This document shows, in pieces, positions 9,901 through 17,731 of a stretch of DNA of 64,000 nt. Numbering within the stretch: the first letter of the stretch is position 1; each line of letters starts with the position of its first letter. The stretch comes from Gemmatimonadota bacterium (GTDB lineage: Bacteria; Gemmatimonadota; Gemmatimonadetes; Gemmatimonadales; GWC2-71-9). The stretch spans positions 160,001-224,000 of the forward strand of contig JAZDCZ010000419.1 of the NCBI GenBank assembly GCA_036679605.1, in the 5' to 3' direction. The notes below the pieces were generated by a model. The model was not told the origin of the DNA. It was given only the letters and a program-made list of their open reading frames with translations, and did no database searches. The position numbers and the translations under genes were made by a program.

Positions 9901-10563
9901 ATGATCACGCTCAGCAACATTGAGAAATTTTACCCCCTTGGTGCGACCAAGCAGTACGTGCTCCGCCAGATTAATCTCACGATTCAAGAAGGCGAGTTTG
10001 TTACTATCATGGGACCATCGGGAGCAGGCAAATCCACGCTTCTTGGCATTCTCGGGATGTTAGACGGAGCATGGGCCGGTGAGTTCTACTTATACGATGA
10101 GCCCGTGCATCAACTCAAGACCAAGGCTCGAAATGCGCTGAACAAGAAATACATCGGGTTTGTATTTCAGCAGTACCATCTACTCGACAACCTCACGGTA
10201 TACGAAAACCTCGACATTCCGTTGTCCTATCGCGACGTCAGGAAGGCTGAGCGTCAGGCGATTGTGGCTGACATGCTCGACAGGTTCCAGATCGTCGGCA
10301 AGAAGGATCTTTACCCAACTCAGTTGTCGGGCGGACAACAGCAACTAGTAGCTGTCGCACGGGCGATGGTGTCGAGTCCCACGATCATACTTGCCGACGA
10401 GCCAACCGGTAGCCTGCACAGTTCACAGGGTGTCAAAATCATGGATCTCCTGAAAAAGTTGAATGACGATGGCACGACAATCATTCAGGTTACCCACAAC
10501 GAAGACTATGCCAAGTACGGCAACCGAATCATCGAACTGCACGACGGCTGGCTGGTGAACTAG
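9901..10563 (+). CDS. MacB/LolD-type ABC ATP-binding protein (variant D-loop)
   Basis: GPSGAGKST, LSGGQQQ, LADEPTGSLHS, VTHN. Confidence 0.93.
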   Translation: MITLSNIEKFYPLGATKQYVLRQINLTIQEGEFVTIMGPSGAGKSTLLGILGMLDGAWAGEFYLYDEPVHQLKTKARNALNKKYIGFVFQQYHLLDNLTVYENLDIPLSYRDVRKAERQAIVADMLDRFQIVGKKDLYPTQLSGGQQQLVAVARAMVSSPTIILADEPTGSLHSSQGVKIMDLLKKLNDDGTTIIQVTHNEDYAKYGNRIIELHDGWLVN

Positions 10564-10582
10564 CCATCGTGACCGACTAGTT

Positions 10583-11950
10583 GTGTCGCACTCCTCTCGA
10601 ACTCCGCGCGTCCTAGTGGCCGACGATCAAAAGGACGTCCTCGAAGCACTGCGTCTGCTACTGAAGGGTGAGGGATATCACATCGAAACTGCCGCGTCAC
10701 CAGGCGGAGTGCTGCGACTGGTAGAGGATAAGGACTTCGACGCCGTCCTAATGGATATGAACTACACGCGCGATACGACCTCCGGCTGGGAAGGGATGGA
10801 CCTCCTTTCTCGCCTGAAATCGATGGATTCCAGTCTTCCTGTAATTGTCCTAACGGCTTGGGGTAGCGTCGATGGCGCTGTAGAAGCAATGCGAAGAGGT
10901 GCGAAGGACTACATAGAAAAACCCTGGGATAACTCTCGCCTCGTCGCGACACTCAAGATCCAGATTGAACTGCGTCGTGCGCTACGCAAGAGCCAGTTGT
11001 TAGAGGACGAGAACCGCATCCTCCGAAAGGACGGTGCGCCCGACCTGATCGCGCAATCACGGGCGATGCAGCAGGTCCTCAAGATCATCGACCGCATCGG
11101 ACCGTCCGACGCAAACGTGCTGATTACCGGAGAGCACGGAACCGGCAAGGAAGTGGTCGCTCGATGGTTACACGCTGCATCGGAAAGGTCGGCTCAAACC
11201 CTCGTTGCCGTCAATGTCGGAGGGCTCTCGGAGGGTGTGTTCGAAAGCGAGCTGTTCGGACACGTCAGGGGTGCATTCACCGACGCGAAGAGCGAACGAG
11301 TGGGCAGGTTCGAGCTGGCGGACAGAGGCACTCTCTTCCTGGATGAGATCGCCAACGTTCCTCTCAAGCAACAAGCGGCCCTGCTGCGAACCTTGGAGCG
11401 AGGTGAGGTGCAACGGGTCGGGTCGTCGAAAACACGTCATGTCGACGTTCGCGTACTGTCGGCGACGAATGCCAACATCCAGAAGGAGGTGGCCGACGGC
11501 CGGTTCCGAGAAGACCTTCTATATAGGCTCAATACTGTTGAGATTCACCTTCCCCCACTGCGGGAACGAAGAGAAGACATTCCGTTGCTTGCTGCACATT
11601 TTCTCAAACTCCATACGAAAAAGTATCGTAAGCCGGTGAGCGGATTCTCGGCCGACGCCACACAAGCGCTCCTCGAACATCGGTGGACCGGTAACGTTCG
11701 TGAACTCGAGCACGCTGTTGAGCGCTCGATCTTGTTGGCGCACAACGAACTGGTTGGAGTGCAGGACCTTGGACTCGTCGGCCCAACTGAGAGTGACGGA
11801 TTCATGGAGACCATGACTCTTCAGGAGGTCGAGAAAACTTTAATAGATAAGGCGCTGCGGCGGCATGACGGCAATGTGAGTCAAGCCGCGGAGGCGTTGG
11901 GCTTGAGTCGCAGCGCACTCTACCGGAGGCTCGAGCGACACGATCTATGA
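10583..11950 (+). CDS. Sigma-54-dependent response regulator (NtrC family)
   Basis: Receiver (ADD...DMN...KPW), GEHGTGKE, ESELFGHVRGAFTDA, LFLDEI, WTGNVREL, Fis-type HTH. Confidence 0.95.
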   Translation: MSHSSRTPRVLVADDQKDVLEALRLLLKGEGYHIETAASPGGVLRLVEDKDFDAVLMDMNYTRDTTSGWEGMDLLSRLKSMDSSLPVIVLTAWGSVDGAVEAMRRGAKDYIEKPWDNSRLVATLKIQIELRRALRKSQLLEDENRILRKDGAPDLIAQSRAMQQVLKIIDRIGPSDANVLITGEHGTGKEVVARWLHAASERSAQTLVAVNVGGLSEGVFESELFGHVRGAFTDAKSERVGRFELADRGTLFLDEIANVPLKQQAALLRTLERGEVQRVGSSKTRHVDVRVLSATNANIQKEVADGRFREDLLYRLNTVEIHLPPLRERREDIPLLAAHFLKLHTKKYRKPVSGFSADATQALLEHRWTGNVRELEHAVERSILLAHNELVGVQDLGLVGPTESDGFMETMTLQEVEKTLIDKALRRHDGNVSQAAEALGLSRSALYRRLERHDL

Positions 11951-13299
11951 CCAGGGACGGGAACGATAGATCAAGAATCTCGTTCGACTATTTGATCCCG
12001 GTCCTGGCGCTCTTGGGCGGCCTCCCGGGAGTCACCATAGCTCTCATCCTACTCTGGACTGGTGACTTCACTTCCAAAGTACAGTGGACTCTCACAGCCC
12101 TCATAGCAGCATCGTCGATCGGATTTGCCTTTGCCGTGAGAGAACGCGTAATGCGCTCGCTCCAAACCCTCTCCAACATGCTGGCCGCGCTCCACGAGGG
12201 TGATTACTCGATACGGGCTCGACCTTCAAGAGCTTCCGATTCGCTCAGTTTGGCTATGATGGAGGCAAACACCTTAGCCGAAACACTGAAGCAGCAACGG
12301 TTGGGCGCGCTCGAGGCTACCGCTCTACTGCGGAAGGTCATGGAAGAAATCGAGGTTTCTGTCCTGACGTTCGACAGCGACGGAAAACTCAAGTTGGTGA
12401 ATCGCGGAGGCGAGCGGCTCCTCGGTAAGCCTGCCAAGCGTCTGCTTGGGCTCAGCGCGCACCAACTGGGGATCGCGGACTGCCTGGAGGGAACTACGCC
12501 GCGCATAGTAGAGCGTACCTTTCCGAGTGGAGCCGGCAGGTGGGAACTGCGGACCAGCATGTTCCGTCAGGACGGCCGGTCACATCAGTTGCTGGTACTG
12601 TCAGACCTAACCCGAGTGCTGCGTGAGGAAGAACGGACGACATGGAAGCGCCTTATTCGTGTGCTGAGTCACGAGATCAACAATTCTTTGGCGCCGATTC
12701 GCTCCATAGCCGACAGCTTGCACAGTTTGCTAAATCAAGAACAACGTAGATCGGACGCAGAAGACGATCTGAAGAAGGGCCTGACAATTATCGGCTCTCG
12801 AGCTGAAGCGCTTAGCAGGTTCATGGGATCGTATGCGCGTCTTGCACGATTGCCCCCTCCAACTCTTTCCTCGTTGGATGTGGGAACGTGGGTTCGGCGT
12901 GTCACGGCACTGGAAACTCGACTTCCTGTCAAGCTTACGCCGGGTCAAGAACTGACAATTCTGGCCGATGGAGACCAACTCGATCAGTTGCTCATCAACC
13001 TAGTAGACAACGCAGTAGACGCCGCACTGGAGACCAATGGCAACGTGGAGATCAGCTGGCATACAGTCAACGGAAATCTCGAGATTGTTGTGGCGGATGA
13101 AGGTCCCGGTCTACCCACCACCTCTAATCTGTTCGTGCCGTTTTTTACAACCAAGGAAAAGGGCTCAGGAATCGGGCTGGCACTTTGCCTCCAGATAGCC
13201 GAAGGCCATGGCGGTACGATCGAACTTACCAACGGAAACGAAGGACACGGCTGCAGAGCCGTGCTACGCCTCCCGATTAGAAATGCCCGAATAGAGTGA
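11947..13299 (+). CDS. Sensor histidine kinase (NtrY-like; 2 TM, PAS)
   Basis: LSHEINNSL H-box, NLVDNA, DEGPG, FFTTK, GSGIGL. Confidence 0.93.
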   Translation: MTRDGNDRSRISFDYLIPVLALLGGLPGVTIALILLWTGDFTSKVQWTLTALIAASSIGFAFAVRERVMRSLQTLSNMLAALHEGDYSIRARPSRASDSLSLAMMEANTLAETLKQQRLGALEATALLRKVMEEIEVSVLTFDSDGKLKLVNRGGERLLGKPAKRLLGLSAHQLGIADCLEGTTPRIVERTFPSGAGRWELRTSMFRQDGRSHQLLVLSDLTRVLREEERTTWKRLIRVLSHEINNSLAPIRSIADSLHSLLNQEQRRSDAEDDLKKGLTIIGSRAEALSRFMGSYARLARLPPPTLSSLDVGTWVRRVTALETRLPVKLTPGQELTILADGDQLDQLLINLVDNAVDAALETNGNVEISWHTVNGNLEIVVADEGPGLPTTSNLFVPFFTTKEKGSGIGLALCLQIAEGHGGTIELTNGNEGHGCRAVLRLPIRNARIE

Positions 13300-13469
13300 C
13301 CCTCGTTGAAAGCCCCGGTTGTGATCCAACACACGTTTCCGGAGCCGCAATAGGCTAGATTCCATAGCCAATCGCTAGGGTAAGTACGGTATCGTGCCAA
13401 TCGAGCCTGGTGAGCTAAGAACTTGTGTTACAGTTAGTTAGATATGCTATCCGACAATCTGGGCGAGGC

Positions 13470-13484
13470 TGGTCTGACTCTTGC
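13470..13484 (+). promoter_or_regulatory. Possible sigma-54 promoter of the pilin cluster
   Basis: TGGTCT-GACTC-TTGC (GG-N10-GC), with an AT-rich IHF-like tract at about 13415-13442. Confidence 0.45.
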
Positions 13485-13520
13485 CCTTTTTAAGTGCTCG
13501 CCGAAACGGGACCACGCTGC

Positions 13521-13970
13521 ATGCGATCAAGCCAATCCGGGTTCACGCTTATCGAACTTGTAGTGGTGCTCAGCATCACGGCAATCCTCATGTCCATAGC
13601 GATTGTCAAGGTCGGCCCTTCGGTCGAGCGGGCGCGGGTACGGCGTTCGGCAAGTCTGATAGCGGCCGACATTCAGTATGCACAAATGATCGCCGCTAGA
13701 CAGCGCAAGCCGGTCGTCATCATCACCAGCGAGAAACTCAAGAGCTACATAATTCGAGATGCTTCCAGCACGACCATCTTTAGAGAGCGATATTTTGGCG
13801 CCGATACTCCCTTCGAACTCAACAAACTGAAAGCTGATCAAAAGAATCTCGTGGTTTTTCCTAACGGTGTGGTGCAAAAGAATGCTAAGTTCGAGGTGGA
13901 GGTGAACACGTACAAGTGGGAGGTCAAACTCACCCGTGCCGGACAGATACGCCTCAAAAAGAAGCCTTAG
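13521..13970 (+). CDS. FimT/GspH-like minor pilin
   Basis: Prepilin motif QSG|FTLIELVVVL; VFPNG; VKLTRAGQIR end. Confidence 0.88.
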   Translation: MRSSQSGFTLIELVVVLSITAILMSIAIVKVGPSVERARVRRSASLIAADIQYAQMIAARQRKPVVIITSEKLKSYIIRDASSTTIFRERYFGADTPFELNKLKADQKNLVVFPNGVVQKNAKFEVEVNTYKWEVKLTRAGQIRLKKKP

Positions 13971-14367
13971 GCTCGGGAACGCCAAGGGCGTCTCTCTGAT
14001 CGAAGTCATGCTGGCGCTCAGTATCCTGAGTGTCGCGCTATTGGCGATGGATGCCCTCATGTTCCAGGTTGCGCGCTACAACAGGCGGTCCGCTGTGGCG
14101 TCCTACCGCAGCGCGGCAATGGAGTCCGCGGCCTCTTGGGTACACGGCCTTCCCTGGGATAGCATACCATCTGCTGTGGGGTGCACGGACAGTCTCAATA
14201 CGGGAGCGCTCCAGTATACCCGCTGTGTCGAAATCGTCAGCAGCACCCCACGCTACCGCTTGACGCGTGTGATCATCACACCGACCGGCGCTCTTCAGGC
14301 GCGTGCCGACACAGTATCGGTAGAGCGAACAAAGACGAGGTCGCCATCACCATTCAGCATAAATTGA
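13936..14367 (+). CDS. PilV-like minor pilin
   Basis: KG|VSLIEVMLAL prepilin motif; start uncertain. Confidence 0.82.
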   Translation: MPDRYASKRSLRLGNAKGVSLIEVMLALSILSVALLAMDALMFQVARYNRRSAVASYRSAAMESAASWVHGLPWDSIPSAVGCTDSLNTGALQYTRCVEIVSSTPRYRLTRVIITPTGALQARADTVSVERTKTRSPSPFSIN

Positions 14368-15179
14368 CCAGCCGCGGTTTTACACTGGTCGAACTCCTCG
14401 TTGCGTCACTCGTCGCAGGGATACTGGTCACGGTGCTGACTCGCATCGTAGTGAGTGACTCAAAATTCGTGAGCCGCCAAGATGCGATGATGTCCGCCCG
14501 CCAGACAGCTCGCGCCAGCCTCAACGTGTCGGCCGTGGAACTCAGAATGGTATCTTCCGGGGGGCTCATCGCGGCAGCACCTGATAGCATATTGGTGCGC
14601 GTGCCCTACGCCTTCGGAATGTCGTGCGGGACATCGTCCGGGTTCACAATCGGATCAATGATGCCTGCCGATTCAATGATGTACGCTGACGCGGTGCCGG
14701 CGGGCATGGCACGTCTTCAATTGGACAATACCTATTCGTTTTTGCCTGGCATCACCTTGACGGGATCGGCCGATGTAGCTGCGTGTACGGCAGAGGACAT
14801 CAATGTCGTTCCCGGCGGCTTTCTCATCGCCGTTACCCCGCCAAATGCGGCCGGCGCCGGAGCCATCTTCTACCTCTACGACATCGTGGGCTATCGATTC
14901 AGGCCATCGGCTGATCTTCCCGGCCGCATTGGCCTGTGGCGACGTTCCGGTACCGCCGCCTACTCAGAACTCGTTGCACCCTTCGATGCGAGTGCGAGGT
15001 TCCGTTTTCTCGTTGGGCCCAATCTCCAGGTGACCGATACACCGCCGGCAGATTTGACCACGGTGAATGGACTCGAACTCAAGTTTGTAGCGGCCAGTAA
15101 TTCTCCGCCACAGGGCCAGTCCACATATCAAAATTTCGACCTGCCCCTCCAAGTCGTGTTCTTCAACAAGTCCAATTGA
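14364..15179 (+). CDS. PilW-like minor pilin
   Basis: TTG start overlapping the upstream stop; RG|FTLVELLVA; ELRMV. Confidence 0.85.
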   Translation: MTSRGFTLVELLVASLVAGILVTVLTRIVVSDSKFVSRQDAMMSARQTARASLNVSAVELRMVSSGGLIAAAPDSILVRVPYAFGMSCGTSSGFTIGSMMPADSMMYADAVPAGMARLQLDNTYSFLPGITLTGSADVAACTAEDINVVPGGFLIAVTPPNAAGAGAIFYLYDIVGYRFRPSADLPGRIGLWRRSGTAAYSELVAPFDASARFRFLVGPNLQVTDTPPADLTTVNGLELKFVAASNSPPQGQSTYQNFDLPLQVVFFNKSN

Positions 15180-16234
15180 TCAAAATGACTGCGCGTGACG
15201 AACGAGGTTTCGCCCTTCCATTGACCCTATTGATGCTCACCGTGGTCACAGTCCTGCTGGCCTCTGCGTTCGTGCGGGCACGAGCTGAGCATCAAACCGC
15301 TCAAAGCAATGCCTCGACCGTCGACGCCCTGGCGGTGGCACAGAGCGGACTCCAAAGATACCTCGCGTTCTACGACTCCTTGAACACCAGACCGCCCGAC
15401 GGAGACTCGCTCCGAATAAACGTGCCCGACGGATACGCCGATGTCGTAACTCAGGTGGTCCGCAGCCCGGCGGACACGATGGAGCCCGAGATACATATAG
15501 TCCGCTCGACGGGCCACGTGATTATGCCCGCATCCGGCGCCGACCCGCAGGCGCAGCGCACGATCGCTCAGTTCGCCCAATGGCAAAGTGCCGGCATGAA
15601 GGTGGCTGGATCCTTCACCGCAGCCAACGGATTGCAGGTCAACTCGAACGTAACGGTACGTGGAGTCGACCAGTGCGCTACACCGGTTGCCAATGTTGCG
15701 GGGGTACGGGTGACGGCAGCAGATGCGCCTGCATCAGGCGATTTCTCCTCGCTCAATGGCTCGCCCCAGATCGACGCGGGGGGAGGTGGCTCAGCGGTCG
15801 CTAACGACACTGGAGTCGACTGGGCCGGCATTGTGGCAGGTCAGTTCGAGGCCGACTACACCACTTTCCAGTCGTGGGACGTCACGTATCCGTCAATGCT
15901 GATAACCGGTAATCTTACCCTCAGCGATGCCGGCGGATACGGGCTTCTAATCGTGACCGGCGATCTCGAAGTAAAGAACACGTTCTTCTCGTGGCGCGGC
16001 GTGGTCTTGGTAGGCGGCAAACTCAAACCTGAAGCAAACTGGGTCATCGTGCGTGGTACGATCGCCACCGGTCTCAACGAAGCAATTGGTATAGACGAAT
16101 CAAAGACCAAGCTAGGTGGCCAATCGGGACACTTCTTTTCTTATTACGACTGTGAAATCAAGAACGCGCTCGGTTCTCTAATTGGGTTCGTTCCCATCGA
16201 GAACGCATGGATCGATAATTGGGCGACGTATTGA
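15176..16234 (+). CDS. PilX-like minor pilin
   Basis: ERG|FALPLTLLML without Glu5; A..VAQSGL; GLLIVTGDL beta-rich C-terminus. Confidence 0.82.
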   Translation: MIKMTARDERGFALPLTLLMLTVVTVLLASAFVRARAEHQTAQSNASTVDALAVAQSGLQRYLAFYDSLNTRPPDGDSLRINVPDGYADVVTQVVRSPADTMEPEIHIVRSTGHVIMPASGADPQAQRTIAQFAQWQSAGMKVAGSFTAANGLQVNSNVTVRGVDQCATPVANVAGVRVTAADAPASGDFSSLNGSPQIDAGGGGSAVANDTGVDWAGIVAGQFEADYTTFQSWDVTYPSMLITGNLTLSDAGGYGLLIVTGDLEVKNTFFSWRGVVLVGGKLKPEANWVIVRGTIATGLNEAIGIDESKTKLGGQSGHFFSYYDCEIKNALGSLIGFVPIENAWIDNWATY

Positions 16235-16253
16235 CACTTCGGTCGTCGACCAA

Positions 16254-16889
16254 GTGATCGAAAAAACCACATCCCGCTTGCTCACAGCCGTCGTCGTATC
16301 CATATCGATGGTTCTAGTATGTTGCACAGGCAGCGGTGCACCCAGACCCGGAGAACTGCGGGGCTCGTTGCTGGATCACGCCATCCCCAAGCCCAGTTTG
16401 TCCCTCACGAGCACTTCCGGCCAGCCCTACGAGTTAATACCGAACACCGAAGGCTTCGTAACCCTGCTCTTCTTCGGTTATACCAACTGTCCGGACGTGT
16501 GCCCGATACACATGGCCAATATCGCAGCAGTCCTGCACCAGCTCCCACCAGACGTTGCCGATCAGATCAAGGTGGTGATGGTCACCACCGACCCCGACCG
16601 CGACACTCTGGAGCGGCTGCGTGAATGGCTGGACAAGTTCGACCCCAAGTTCGTGGGGCTGAGAGGGAGCCTAGACGAGGTCAATAAGATCCAGCGTGAC
16701 ATGGGCCTGCCCCAGTCCGTCCGATCGAACTCGGAGAGTGACTATCTCGTCGGACATGCGGCGCAGGTCATAGCCTTCACCAAAGACGACAGCGCACACG
16801 TGGTGTATCCCTTCGGCACTCGCCAGAGCGACTGGGCACACGATCTACCTATTCTCGTGCGTTCCCCCGGAAACAAGTCGGCGCAATGA
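16254..16889 (+). CDS. SCO/SenC copper chaperone
   Basis: FFGYTNCPDVCP, DPDRDT, conserved His in VGHAA; start uncertain. Confidence 0.92.
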   Translation: MIEKTTSRLLTAVVVSISMVLVCCTGSGAPRPGELRGSLLDHAIPKPSLSLTSTSGQPYELIPNTEGFVTLLFFGYTNCPDVCPIHMANIAAVLHQLPPDVADQIKVVMVTTDPDRDTLERLREWLDKFDPKFVGLRGSLDEVNKIQRDMGLPQSVRSNSESDYLVGHAAQVIAFTKDDSAHVVYPFGTRQSDWAHDLPILVRSPGNKSAQ

Positions 16890-17731
16890 CATGGTGGTGC
16901 TCGGCCCAGGGAGGAGTGTGGAGCTGGAACTGGCAGCCGTACATCGGCGTTTGGCTGATGGTCCTGATCTTGATCGTCGCACGCATGGCGGCTCACAAGA
17001 AATGGCCGCCCGAGAAATCGGAATCACGCAAACTCCCACTCTATATGCTGGGGGTTTTCGTGCTGTGGATAGGAGCGGATTGGCCAGTAGGCCCGCTAGG
17101 AGCAGGCTATCTTCTGAGCGTACACACAGTCCAGTACCTGCTCTTTACCTTCGTTGCTCCACCGCTCTTGATAGCAGGCACCTCACCTCGAATCTTGCGC
17201 CTACTGCTACGGCGTCGATTGTCATTTCGCATCGCACGTACTTTGAGCAGACCACTCGTAGCATTCGTAATCTTCAACACCGTACTGCTGGCCAGCCATC
17301 TTCCAGCGGTGGTCGACGGACTAACGGTCTCTCAATTCGGATCCTTCGCTATAGACATGTCATGGCTGCTGTCCGGGTTGATTTTTTGGTGGCCGGTCCT
17401 GGGACCGCTTCCCGAACTCGAGCCCATGCCGTATCCAGGACGGATGGTATACCTCATCATGAACGTTTTTATTCCAACTGTCCCCGCAGCATTTTTGACC
17501 TTCGCACGCTACCCCATCTACTCGCTCTATGAGTTGGCCGCACCCGTCGCAAGCATATCGACCGCACACGATCAACAGCTCGCTGGAATACTCATGAAGA
17601 TAGTAGGCGGTTTTATCATCTTCGGAACCGCGTCGGTGATGTTTTTCAAGTGGAGCAGACTAGAGGAGGATCCTATCGACTTGCTCGAGCCCGCGGACTC
17701 GAGTTCCGCGGGCTCGAGAGCAGTATTCTAG
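16886..17731 (+). CDS. ctaG: CtaG (caa3-type) cytochrome c oxidase assembly protein
   Basis: YLLSVHTVQY, APPLL, FWWPV, DQQLAGILMK. Confidence 0.85.
   Translation: MTWWCSAQGGVWSWNWQPYIGVWLMVLILIVARMAAHKKWPPEKSESRKLPLYMLGVFVLWIGADWPVGPLGAGYLLSVHTVQYLLFTFVAPPLLIAGTSPRILRLLLRRRLSFRIARTLSRPLVAFVIFNTVLLASHLPAVVDGLTVSQFGSFAIDMSWLLSGLIFWWPVLGPLPELEPMPYPGRMVYLIMNVFIPTVPAAFLTFARYPIYSLYELAAPVASISTAHDQQLAGILMKIVGGFIIFGTASVMFFKWSRLEEDPIDLLEPADSSSAGSRAVF
17684..17718. repeat. 14-bp perfect inverted repeat inside the 3' end of ctaG
   Basis: CTCGAGCCCGCGGA-ctcgagt-TCCGCGGGCTCGAG. Confidence 0.8.

Noticed and set aside
13385..13400. Minus-strand TGGCACG as a sigma-54 promoter
   Set aside because: No GC at the -12 position, and it would point into the 3' end of the kinase gene
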